Positions 9,362-18,601 of a stretch of DNA of 64,000 nucleotides are shown one piece after another. A program made the translations under genes and the position numbers. Origin of the DNA: an uncultured archaeon. Lineage in GTDB: Archaea; Thermoproteota; Nitrososphaeria_A; Caldarchaeales; Wolframiiraptoraceae. The notes below the pieces were generated by a model. The model saw nothing but the letters and a program-made list of their open reading frames with translations, did no database searches and was not told the DNA's origin. Numbering within the stretch: the stretch's first letter is position 1; each line of letters starts with the position of its first letter. The stretch lies in contig CALKCF010000002.1 of the NCBI GenBank assembly GCA_938083505.1, forward strand, positions 26,874 through 90,873, given 5' to 3'.

Positions 9362-9556
9362 CCAAATCACCTCCCTCAAAGTGAAGGAGTGGTCCGTCCC
9401 ACCCCCTTTTATGATGAATTGTTTTTAGTTTGTTTGAATGTTGAAGTTGGCTACTTTTAAACCCTTCGGCATTTTATTTCTCATCAACTCAATTAAATTT
9501 TAATTTAAGACACAAATTAACGAATGAGTTGAACGGATTCAAAATTCTAATTAGTA

Positions 9557-10709
9557 ATGAGCTCGAAGAGCATTTTTTTGCTTTTACTTGCAACCCTTGT
9601 CGTGTTTCTCATTGGTTTCTGGCTTCACATACCTTATGGCGGTGGCTATGTGTACAGCGACATAGTCTCAGTATACCAAGTCAGGCTGGAGGGGTTTCCA
9701 CCAAAAGCTCCATATGTTGAGGTCTTCTTTGAGTACCCGGTAATAATCGCTACTTTAGCCTACGCTTCCGGCTTGATGGCAAGCTTGTTCACCAAGGAAC
9801 ACTATACCGCCCTTACCATTTACTATACAATCACCTCAATAATCTTGTTCCTTGCAACGTTCTTAACAGTCTTGGAGGTTAGAAAATTATGCAGAAAGAA
9901 GGATTTATGCGTACTTTATAATCACGCCGAGTATGCTTTTCATGAACCTCCTTAACTGGTATATCGTAGGCGTTTACTTCATGGTAAGAGCTATTAGACT
10001 ATTCCTCAAAGACAAGGCCGCATCTTCTGCTATCTTCTTCGGGATTTCGGCCGCATCGAACCTGATAACAGCGATTCCATCGGTTGCTATGTTAATAACG
10101 CATGGTGATTTTAGAAGAAGAATGCAATTCCTCATCCTAGGCCTCGCAACCTATTTCATCGTAAACCTTCCAGCGCTCGTCCTGAATCCTAGCAACTGGT
10201 TAAGGTTTTGGGAATACCATGCTTCGTGGTACGTAGAGTGCAACTGGCAGATACTGTTGTTTAATATGTTTGACCCGAATGCGAGAATATTCTCGGCAAG
10301 ATTAATGCCCATGTTATTCATCCTACTACTGGCTGTAGTTTACAAAACCCAGCTTCCAAAACACAGTAAAATTTTGTTGGCATCTTGGTTAGCTATGGCC
10401 TGGTTCCTGTTTGCCAACTACGTCTACGCACCCCAGATGAACATAACGCTCCTACCCTTCTTTACACTTCTAGCCGTGGCACCGTATCAACTCTTCATAC
10501 TCTTTGATGTTTTGAACTCTGCGATAATCGTGGCAGGGTTTTCGAGATTCTTGCAGAACGTATTGGGTATAAAATACGAGCTCAAGTCGTGGGGCATAGA
10601 TTCACCCATACAATGGATGGCCATCGCTAGGTCTTTTATCCTTCTGGGATTCATCCTTTATTCGCTATATATAATTTTAAGAAGATCACCTAGTAATCTC
10701 ATAGCCTGA
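9557..10709 (+). pseudogene. GT-C-type (DUF2029/GT87-like) polytopic membrane protein split by a +1 frameshift near 9885-9903
   Basis: ORFs 9557-9955 and 9933-10709 overlap. The downstream frame is open from 9867 and reads hydrophobically through the junction (RIYAYFIITPSMLFMNLLNWYIVGVYF). The upstream frame ends in a non-membrane tail (KKDLCVLYNHAEYAFHEPP*). This could be a true frameshift or an assembly error. Confidence 0.5.
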
Positions 10710-11807
10710 GATTGTTTTGAAAAGCTCCTTAGCTTTCTTGTTGCTTTCGAAGTACGTCCTTATCGGCTCAAGTATCTTATCGAGAGCGTCAACAACTGCT
10801 CTTTTTAAGTCCAATGGGTGGATATTACCAAGTTCGTAATCTTTCTTTAAGTCTTCAAAATTCTCGTATAAAACGTCTCCACCATACTTTTGTGGTCTTT
10901 CTATATACAGCTTCCCCATTTTCGGGAAGATTATGTACTTACAGTATTCTATTATAGGGTTTGATTTTGTGTTCTTCGGTGGACAGTAAGCTTTCATCAC
11001 CTTTTCCTCCAAAACTTCCCTGCTGTCATGCACGTATATGCTGGTCTCAGGTACACTCTTGCTCATCTTCGAGCTTATCTGCATATCTATTTCAGAATCG
11101 TCATCAAGTCCTTTCGCTCCCATAGGTCCTGTTAGTCCCATGAGCATATGATGGTGTACTGCTACAGGCTTTGGCCGTCCAAGCTTTGGAGCGATCTCTC
11201 TAGCCAACATATTGGCCCTCCTTTGATCAAGACCGAGCTGACATATATCGACGCCAAGATAGAATATGTCAGCAACCTGCATTGCTGGATAGAAGAGTTG
11301 GGCAGCCTCCTGAAGCTCGCCCTCCTGTCTACCCATTATCGGGAGGCACCTAAGGAACCTCTTGAGCGTAGCCTCTTTCGCCACATTTATAACCAGCTTC
11401 CAGTATTCTCTATCGGCCGCGACGTCGTTAGCCCAAACGATCTCCACCTTGTTAACGTCTATACCAGAGGCCTTCCAAACCTCTATTAGGTATTCGCCGA
11501 CCTTTCTTATCTTCTCCAAGTCACCATCCATCTTCTTGTTTACCATTGCATGCCAGTCTGCAAGCAACAACTTGAACCTGCAACCAGCATCCAGCATGTC
11601 TTTCAGCTTTATTGCCCTGAGTACCGCAAACGGTATATGGGCAAAACCGCTTGGCTCGAATCCATCATAAGCGACTGGTTTATCGTTCGTTTCGAGGAGT
11701 TGTCTCAATTCCTGAAGCGTTATCACCTCTTCGGTCGGCGCTCTAGTTATCAACTCCATCCTTGTCTCGACGTCCAAATTGACCACGTCCCTTCTAAAAC
11801 TACGCAC
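10686..11807 (-). CDS. tyrS: tyrosine--tRNA ligase (archaeal type)
   Basis: 373 aa, class I aaRS. It has YDGFEPSGFAHIP (TyrRS-type HIGH region) and SSKMSKS (KMSKS loop). Confidence 0.8.
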   Translation of the reverse strand: MRSFRRDVVNLDVETRMELITRAPTEEVITLQELRQLLETNDKPVAYDGFEPSGFAHIPFAVLRAIKLKDMLDAGCRFKLLLADWHAMVNKKMDGDLEKIRKVGEYLIEVWKASGIDVNKVEIVWANDVAADREYWKLVINVAKEATLKRFLRCLPIMGRQEGELQEAAQLFYPAMQVADIFYLGVDICQLGLDQRRANMLAREIAPKLGRPKPVAVHHHMLMGLTGPMGAKGLDDDSEIDMQISSKMSKSVPETSIYVHDSREVLEEKVMKAYCPPKNTKSNPIIEYCKYIIFPKMGKLYIERPQKYGGDVLYENFEDLKKDYELGNIHPLDLKRAVVDALDKILEPIRTYFESNKKAKELFKTISGYEITR

Positions 11808-11846
11808 CTACCTACATGAGTATTTAAAAAATACTGTAGCGGGTTT

Positions 11847-11923
11847 TGCCCCACCACGAACACCACACCCCATAGAGCAGGGCGGCAACCCTTTCTCGGT
11901 GCGGCTCAAGGCATGGTGGGGCA
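11847..11923. ncRNA. G+C-rich structured element of unknown class between pheT and tyrS
   Basis: A perfect 10-bp inverted repeat, TGCCCCACCA (11847-11856) and TGGTGGGGCA (11914-11923), encloses 57 nt of G+C-rich sequence. The flanking intergenic sequence is A+T-rich. No tRNA, C/D or H/ACA consensus could be fitted. Confidence 0.3.
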
Positions 11924-11959
11924 GTAGTAAAAATAGTTAGGACGTACTTAAAACTCTTA

Positions 11960-13633
11960 CTATAATTTACTAAACAGGCTACGAAGTTTCTGCAGCTCTA
12001 TCTCGGCTGCGCTCACGGGCATCGTTATGCCGAAATTTTCCAGGACTTCTGGGCTTATCTCACCCATTATCCCTACCTTAACATCGTTAACCTCTACCTC
12101 TGCGACTCTTCCCTCAATGAAACTTGCATGCTCAACCTCTCTTAAACTCCATTCCCTTAAGCCGAGGCTTCTTAATAGTTCTTCCGTAATAGATTTAACT
12201 TCTGAGAACGACGTGTCAACATGGGAGCTTACGAACGCTAATTTAACCTCCCTCCTAACACCTTCATCGGAAGATTCATCAACTATCAGCACATCACCTA
12301 TCTCAAAAAGCTTGTGTGGGTAAGGATTTTGTTTGTTCATTTTCAAGTTATAGAGTAAGCTTGGAATGATCCACGTCCTAAGTATGTCGTACTCGGCCGA
12401 GACCGGATTAAGAATCTTCACAGGATTCTGCGGCTCGAGCTTCATCCAACGATAGTCCCTAGTGCTGTTGGAAAGTGTGAGGTTTACTACTTCTGTAAAA
12501 CCAAGGCCAAACATTATTTCCTTACATACATCCTCAAAATTCGTGTCAAGATGGTATCTGCCGAAGCCCAACGTCTTAGGCATCACTGGTTGTAAGTTCT
12601 TATATCCAAGACCCACAGCTATCTCCTCAACTAGGTCAACCGGATGTAGGACGTCGAGTCGGTACGCAGGCACTTCGGCAAATATCGCGTCGCCCTTAAT
12701 CCTCTTAACACCAATCCTTGACCTTCTTAATGCTCTTACGGCCTCCTTCATCGATATGTTTAGGCCAAGCAAACCGTTGGCGTAGCTTAGCTTAAGCTTC
12801 CATGTCTTCGTCATAAAGTTCGGCGTCTTTATTCTCATTCCATCGTAAATTATCTTTACCTGTCTGATCTTTCCGCCCATGTCCGCAAGCGCCGCCGTCA
12901 GTATGTTTAAAGCGCCGCTTACAGCTTCCAAGTCCGTACCGGTTACGTCTATGAAGAGTGTCTCCGTACCCTCCGTTAGCTCTGTCAACGCCGCGTTTAT
13001 TATGGGCGGGAGCGAAAGCACTTCTCCGCATGAATCCATGATAACCGGAAACAAACCAGTTCCGGCCACTATATGGCCATACTTACGGCCGACCTCATGC
13101 TGCTCGACTATCTCCTGCGGCGTCATCCTCCTAAAGCTTTTGAGTGGTACGAAGCTTATTTCGTCCCCTCTTAAGGCCTTGTAGATTATCGGCGGTTTTA
13201 TGGCGCCGGCGTTGTGCAAGCCTATGGCCACTTTCCTCCTATTTCTTCCCACGACCCAGTGCAGGTCTTCTTGCATAGCTATCAGCTCCTCAATATCTTC
13301 TGCCGATAGGGTGAGGCCCTCAACGTAGGCCGCTACGATCCAAGGTCTAACTGTTTTAACGTTCTTATCGACCTTTAAGAACGTCTTGGGAGGGAGCGTA
13401 CGGAACGTAGGAGCGCCGGTCTCTATATCAAGAATGCCTTTAAGGGCCCTTGCAAGACCTGCAGGGCTTGAAAAGTCCGGTCTGTTGGGATTATATTCCA
13501 CCTTAACGCAGTCTGTCCCTAACTCCTCGATGGCGACACCTATACTTGTTAGGGCATCAATTAACACGTCTTTGTCTAGTCTTTGGCGCAATAATTTGAA
13601 TAGCCTTTCCAGCTTAAGGTTAAGTATCGGCAT
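11960..13633 (-). CDS. pheT: phenylalanine--tRNA ligase beta subunit
   Basis: 557 aa. The N-terminus MPILNLKLERLFKLL, length and B3/4-B5-like organisation are the archaeal PheT type. Confidence 0.85.
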   Translation of the reverse strand: MPILNLKLERLFKLLRQRLDKDVLIDALTSIGVAIEELGTDCVKVEYNPNRPDFSSPAGLARALKGILDIETGAPTFRTLPPKTFLKVDKNVKTVRPWIVAAYVEGLTLSAEDIEELIAMQEDLHWVVGRNRRKVAIGLHNAGAIKPPIIYKALRGDEISFVPLKSFRRMTPQEIVEQHEVGRKYGHIVAGTGLFPVIMDSCGEVLSLPPIINAALTELTEGTETLFIDVTGTDLEAVSGALNILTAALADMGGKIRQVKIIYDGMRIKTPNFMTKTWKLKLSYANGLLGLNISMKEAVRALRRSRIGVKRIKGDAIFAEVPAYRLDVLHPVDLVEEIAVGLGYKNLQPVMPKTLGFGRYHLDTNFEDVCKEIMFGLGFTEVVNLTLSNSTRDYRWMKLEPQNPVKILNPVSAEYDILRTWIIPSLLYNLKMNKQNPYPHKLFEIGDVLIVDESSDEGVRREVKLAFVSSHVDTSFSEVKSITEELLRSLGLREWSLREVEHASFIEGRVAEVEVNDVKVGIMGEISPEVLENFGITMPVSAAEIELQKLRSLFSKL

Positions 13634-13784
13634 CTTATCGGCTCACCTAACTAAATTTACGGTACTACTGAGTTGCTATAGGTCAGTCCTTAAAAAATAT
13701 TTTTAAATATTCTTAAAGAGCAAATGTTATCGCAGAATTAAGTACATATATCAAAAGACTTGAGAACAAACTCAAGGGATAAAG

Positions 13785-14765
13785 ATGGTTGGCGAGGATT
13801 CTGTAACGAAAAGGTATGAGGTGCGTAGACTACTTCAAAAAATGAGAGATGGTATTATCAAGGAACTCTCAGTAACCATCGACCCAAAACTCGGTATAAC
13901 CTACCCAGAGGCTGAGGTCGATTTGAAGAGCAACGTACAGAATACACTCGAAGCGCTACACCAAGAGGGTTACCTTTTAAAAAAGCAGAAAGAAAATGTG
14001 ATGATTTGCAAAAAATGTAGCGGCGCATCGTTCATGATAATGCATCGTTGTCCAAACTGTAATTCTTTAAGCTTAAGAAAAGGAATGATTATCCAGCACC
14101 TGACATGTGGATATACGGAGTTAGAGTCAATATTTGCTGAGCGCAATTATGTATGCCCAAAATGTAAAAAGAAGCTCAGAGCCTTAGGTGTTGATTATGT
14201 GAAGCCTGGCATACAATACGTCTGTAATGAGTGTGGCAATATAACACAAAGCCCAGCAATTTTACTTAAATGCTGGACATGCGGAGAGCTGCAGACGATC
14301 GATGAGGCGAGGTACATAGAGATTAATACTTATCTGTTAGACTATACTAAGCGCGAGCTCTTGGCAAAGGTGACTTTTAACCTGACACCCATCATCCAGA
14401 GAATTTCTGCAGTAGGTTGGATTGCAAAGAAAGATTATAAGATAACAGGCAAATCGGGCGTCGAGCACACCTTTACGTTGGCTTTATGGTCATATGAACA
14501 TGGTTTAAGTAAAACTCCAGATATTGTTGCGGATATCCACATGGATATTGTTGACGAAACACGCGTGCTTGCGCTATATGCGAAAGTTCTCGACGTCGGA
14601 ATAGAGAACGCAATACTTGCTGCGGTTCCAATAGCAAGCGAGAAAGCGAAGACTCTAGCAAAATATTATGAAATAACCATAGTAGAGGCTGAGAATACGG
14701 ATGTTTTGATAGAAAAACTCGCTTTTTCAATAGAGGACGTTATAAAAAAGTTGATACTACGTTAG
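13785..14765 (+). CDS. zinc-ribbon-rich protein, TackOD1-like (uncharacterised TACK-lineage family)
   Basis: 326 aa with CxxC pairs at CKKC/CPNC, CPKC/CNEC and CWTC. The C-terminal module is GKSGVEHTFTLALW...DIVADI...RVLALYAKVLDVG...AILAAVPIASEKAKTLAKYYEITIVEAEN. Confidence 0.45.
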   Translation: MVGEDSVTKRYEVRRLLQKMRDGIIKELSVTIDPKLGITYPEAEVDLKSNVQNTLEALHQEGYLLKKQKENVMICKKCSGASFMIMHRCPNCNSLSLRKGMIIQHLTCGYTELESIFAERNYVCPKCKKKLRALGVDYVKPGIQYVCNECGNITQSPAILLKCWTCGELQTIDEARYIEINTYLLDYTKRELLAKVTFNLTPIIQRISAVGWIAKKDYKITGKSGVEHTFTLALWSYEHGLSKTPDIVADIHMDIVDETRVLALYAKVLDVGIENAILAAVPIASEKAKTLAKYYEITIVEAENTDVLIEKLAFSIEDVIKKLILR

Positions 14766-14766
14766 A

Positions 14767-16056
14767 TCACCACCGCATGCTTGGTTTGAGTAGTTCACAT
14801 ATGTAGGCATAGAACCTAATGATGGAATATATCGGTCTGTAGAACAAGGAAACCAAAGGCAATAGATAAGCACTCTTTAGGTCTGATAAGAATTCGATTA
14901 CGGAAAATGCGCTTAGAACCGTGTGCAACTCTATTATCAGGTAAAACAGAACAAGCAACAATCCAACACCCAAGATATTCTGCGTGTACATAAAATACGC
15001 AAACCATGTCGGCCTAATAATCACGGCCAAAATATCCATCAAAACCATGTCTGGTGCGCCCATTATGGCGGGCGTTCCAAAAATTCTTCTGAAAAATAAG
15101 CTCCTATGCATTATCAGAACCCTAACTTGACCCCTATGCCATCTTTCCCTCTGCTTGAACCATGAGCGCCAAGTTTCGGGAACTTCGGTGAATGCGTAAG
15201 ATTCAGGTACGAAAATAACCCTACCCTTTATCTTGTGCACCTTTAGTGTGAGATCAAAATCTTCACCAAGTACCGGGTCGAATCCTCCAATGGACTCTAA
15301 AATGTGTTTTCTTACGATAGACTTTGCACCAGGTATTATAAGCAACGTTCTGAACAATGCTTGCAACCTTCTGCCTATATCGAAAGCCACTACATATTCA
15401 TAAGACTGCAACCTTGTTAGTAGATTCTTGTTTACATTTAACACTCTCAAATTTCCGCTCGCGGCCAATATCTTTGGATTGGAAAAGTATGCGGCAATCT
15501 TGCTGATAGAATCCCTTGCGATGATCGTATCAGCATCAACCGTTACTATAACCTCACCCTTTGCAAAATCTAAGCCATAGTTCAACGCATACGCCTTAAT
15601 TCCTCCTTTGGGTTTCGACAGAAGTTTTATCTGTCCCTTAAACTTCGATGCAATGATATATGTTCCATCCGTAGAACCATCGTCCACGACTATTATCTCT
15701 TTAAACTTATAATCGTTTTCAAGAACAGAAGATATACAGGCGGTTATGGTTCTCTCCTCGTTGTGGGCAGGTATTATGATACTTATTATGGGAGTGTATG
15801 TAAGTCGCGGGGGCTTCCTGACGATTTCGTAAATCGGCAATACCACGGATTTGCCGATAGCTCTGGTATAGTCTAAGAGAAACGTTGGAAGGGATATCAG
15901 AAGGAAGTCCCGGACACCGATATTAAAATAGCTCATGATAGAAATCATAACGTAAAGCATCAAAGGGATTAACGCGAGGTTTATTCCGAATGCCAATAGA
16001 TTAAATCTGCTAACTTTGACCATGTGGTCTATATCACAACTCTTTAAATTTTCCAA
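14767..16056 (-). CDS. membrane-embedded processive family-2 glycosyltransferase
   Basis: 429 aa: SIIIPAHNEERTI, IIVVDDGSTDGT, TVDADT and QRERWHRGQ (a Q-x-x-RW motif), flanked by TM helices. Confidence 0.8.
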   Translation of the reverse strand: MENLKSCDIDHMVKVSRFNLLAFGINLALIPLMLYVMISIMSYFNIGVRDFLLISLPTFLLDYTRAIGKSVVLPIYEIVRKPPRLTYTPIISIIIPAHNEERTITACISSVLENDYKFKEIIVVDDGSTDGTYIIASKFKGQIKLLSKPKGGIKAYALNYGLDFAKGEVIVTVDADTIIARDSISKIAAYFSNPKILAASGNLRVLNVNKNLLTRLQSYEYVVAFDIGRRLQALFRTLLIIPGAKSIVRKHILESIGGFDPVLGEDFDLTLKVHKIKGRVIFVPESYAFTEVPETWRSWFKQRERWHRGQVRVLIMHRSLFFRRIFGTPAIMGAPDMVLMDILAVIIRPTWFAYFMYTQNILGVGLLLVLFYLIIELHTVLSAFSVIEFLSDLKSAYLLPLVSLFYRPIYSIIRFYAYICELLKPSMRW

Positions 16057-16065
16057 AATATACTT

Positions 16066-17610
16066 TTATAGTCTTCCGCTCTTTATGTCCACGTAAACTC
16101 TGGCCATGCTCCTTATCCAGTTAAGGTCGTTAACGTATAACGTCCTTATGTCGTCGAGCTTGAATAATGCCATTGCTAATCTTTCCAAACCACCACCCCA
16201 TGCCAATACTGGATATCTGACGCCCAACGGAACGGTAACCTCCGGCCTGAATATGCCCATGCCAAACAACTCTAACCACTCACGCTTCTCAGGTATGTAA
16301 ACGATGACTTCTGCCGACGGTTCCGTGTAGGGGAAATAGGACGGCCTGAATATTATCTCCTTGAGGCCTATTCTGCTACAGAACTCCTTTATGAGGCCCA
16401 TCAACTCCCTGAACGTCGCTTTCTTATCCATTATTATGCCTTCTACTTGGTGAAATTCGGCGAGGTGCTTCCAGTCAACCTTTTCATTCCTGTATATCCT
16501 GTCAACTGAGAATACTTTGATGGGTGGTTCGTTGTGGTATGCAAGATGCCTGATGGTCGTCGCGGTCGTATGCGTCCTGAGTACCAGCTTTCTGGCCTCC
16601 TGCTCACTCCACTTATACCTCCATCCCTTAGAGCCCGTGTTGCCACCAAACTCATGTGATTGCCTCACAGGCTCGACGAGCTTTTCTGGAAGTCTGCCAA
16701 CATTAGGGTATGCCAAGTAAAAGGTGTCGTGCATTTCTCGCGCCGGATGGTCCTGGGGTTGGAATAACGCATCGAAGTTCCAGAATGCAAGCTCGACGAG
16801 TGGTCCCTTAATTTCTTCAAAGCCGAGTTCGATGAAGACGTCCTTTATCAGCTTGATGAGAGTTGTAAGAGGATGACGTTTTGCTACGAAAACAGGTTTT
16901 GTGGGTGCGTGTATATCGAAGGGGCTCAGTTCAAAATCGCGCCATTTGCCCGTTATCAGCAGATCGGGCGTTAACCTTGTAATCAAGGGTCGCTCCAATT
17001 CCAACTCCTCTAACGGTATGTTGCGTATCAGCTCGCTCGGAGCCATCGTGTACTTTCTTTCCTCGTACAACTCCACGACTCCTGGCCTACCGGAAAGCTC
17101 AAGGCAAGCATCCAGAAGCTCCGGCGGTAGGGCGTCAACCCTTAACTCACCCCTTCCAAGCCATCCTAACAGTTTCTCCTCGGCCGTGACCTCTGGCACC
17201 TCACCAACGATTTCAATGACCTTGAAACCATCACGATCCTTAATGGTTATCCAGCCCTTCTTTTTAGCCCACATTATCGCGACCGCCAGCTCACCTTGCA
17301 AGATCTGTTCCTTCTCAAGCTCGCTTACGCTCATACAACCTTCGGCGTTTTTCAAAACGTTGACAAGTCTCCTTTCTGGAAGACCGATCTTGAGGTACTC
17401 AATCCCAGTCGGACCCAATTTAGCCATCTTTATGGACGTCTCTTTTACCTCAATCAACCCTTTCTCCTTAAGCCAGAGCGAAGCCTTAGCCACGGCGCCT
17501 TCATCCTTTGATATCGCGATAGCAACCTCGCCGTATTCCATCGGCCTGCTCTTCTCTATAAGTGTCCGAAGGATAAGCCTTTCAAGCCAATGAAGCCTCA
17601 GCTTAGCCAT
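16066..17610 (-). CDS. pheS: phenylalanine--tRNA ligase alpha subunit
   Basis: 514 aa with class II motifs (FQPQDHPAREMHDTFY, VLRTHTT, GGGLERLAM). The N-terminal winged-helix extension is the archaeal type. Confidence 0.9.
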   Translation of the reverse strand: MAKLRLHWLERLILRTLIEKSRPMEYGEVAIAISKDEGAVAKASLWLKEKGLIEVKETSIKMAKLGPTGIEYLKIGLPERRLVNVLKNAEGCMSVSELEKEQILQGELAVAIMWAKKKGWITIKDRDGFKVIEIVGEVPEVTAEEKLLGWLGRGELRVDALPPELLDACLELSGRPGVVELYEERKYTMAPSELIRNIPLEELELERPLITRLTPDLLITGKWRDFELSPFDIHAPTKPVFVAKRHPLTTLIKLIKDVFIELGFEEIKGPLVELAFWNFDALFQPQDHPAREMHDTFYLAYPNVGRLPEKLVEPVRQSHEFGGNTGSKGWRYKWSEQEARKLVLRTHTTATTIRHLAYHNEPPIKVFSVDRIYRNEKVDWKHLAEFHQVEGIIMDKKATFRELMGLIKEFCSRIGLKEIIFRPSYFPYTEPSAEVIVYIPEKREWLELFGMGIFRPEVTVPLGVRYPVLAWGGGLERLAMALFKLDDIRTLYVNDLNWIRSMARVYVDIKSGRL

Positions 17611-17700
17611 ACCACGACCTATCTTTGTCAGTTAGGCTGGTATAAAAAAGGTGTTTTGCGGCGCAATAAATATATGTAACATAAGGTCCAAGCTTTATAC

Positions 17701-17994
17701 ATGATAGATTATGCCGTGCTGATACCTAACATCATTCTGTTTGTAGTAGGTTTTCTGATAGGCTTCGGCCTCATTAAAGTTTTAAAGGGTGCGCTCCTAA
17801 TAATAATGGCCATTGTCATACTCAGTATTGTCGGCATAACGATAGCTGGCTTTGTGCTGCCGGGTTTTCATGAGCTCCCTAGCGTCGTAGCATCCCTAGA
17901 GGACGTTGCTAAAGGCTTTCTTGCGGTCTTGAAAACCTACCCCATGCTGACCGCGGGCCTTCTCATAGGCTTAATAGCAGGCATAGTTAAGTAA
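17701..17994 (+). CDS. small hydrophobic membrane protein (3 predicted TM), unknown function
   Basis: 97 aa, almost entirely hydrophobic helices. No motif was recognised. Confidence 0.45.
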   Translation: MIDYAVLIPNIILFVVGFLIGFGLIKVLKGALLIIMAIVILSIVGITIAGFVLPGFHELPSVVASLEDVAKGFLAVLKTYPMLTAGLLIGLIAGIVK

Positions 17995-18049
17995 CGGTAG
18001 GTGGTTTTGGGATTTATAGTAAGGCTTCCTAAGAGAGGACAGATTAGAC

Positions 18050-18601
18050 ATGTCTCCCGAAGAGACTTATCTCGTTAAGCTCAAGCTGTACTTTGATGGT
18101 GAGAAGGTTTACACAGAAGTATCGGAGCAGTCTTTAGCCCTTTTGTCGAAAGGTTATGGTCAGCTCGATAAAGAGAACGGAATAATTACCTACAGTAATG
18201 TGGAGGCTCTTTATCTACTCGAAAGCAAGATGGCATCCGTCATTTCCGGGAATTCTGAGACGTCGTTTAACGAGCTCCTTAGCGCCCTTGAGAGTAAGAG
18301 CGAAACATTGTGGAGGGACTATGTAATCTACAGAGACCTAAGGAACAGACGCTACACAATCAAAGAAGGGTTCAGTCCAGATCTCATCTTTAGAGTCTTC
18401 GAAAGGGGCGAGTTCCAGAAGGAGGCTGCAAAATACCTGGTAGCTCCCTTAAGCGAGGGGAAAAGTATCAAGCTCAGTAAGCTCAAACAACTGTTATCCA
18501 TCTGTAGGGCCCTTAAGAAAGAGATGATAATTTCCGTCATCGATAGAAGGAACGAGGTCGTGTACTATCTGGCAAATCAGGTCGATTTGAGGAATGTCTA
18601 A
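18050..18601 (+). CDS. endA: tRNA-splicing endonuclease family protein, probable non-catalytic (structural) subunit
   Basis: 183 aa: EALYLLE...YVIYRDLRNRRYTIKEGFSPDLIFRVFERG...AAKYLVAPL...RALKKEMIISVIDRRNEVVYY is collinear with M. jannaschii EndA as recalled. The catalytic Tyr and His positions read F and A. Confidence 0.7.
   Translation: MSPEETYLVKLKLYFDGEKVYTEVSEQSLALLSKGYGQLDKENGIITYSNVEALYLLESKMASVISGNSETSFNELLSALESKSETLWRDYVIYRDLRNRRYTIKEGFSPDLIFRVFERGEFQKEAAKYLVAPLSEGKSIKLSKLKQLLSICRALKKEMIISVIDRRNEVVYYLANQVDLRNV

Noticed and set aside
16901-17593. Long antisense ORFs inside well-supported genes. Examples are 16901-17593, 7483-8082, 49986-50714, 52099-52611 and 60975-61487.
   Set aside because: These are shadow ORFs opposite conserved genes (pheS, membrane protein, gap, lutC, GDH paralog). 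Their translations are S/L/P-rich and low-complexity.
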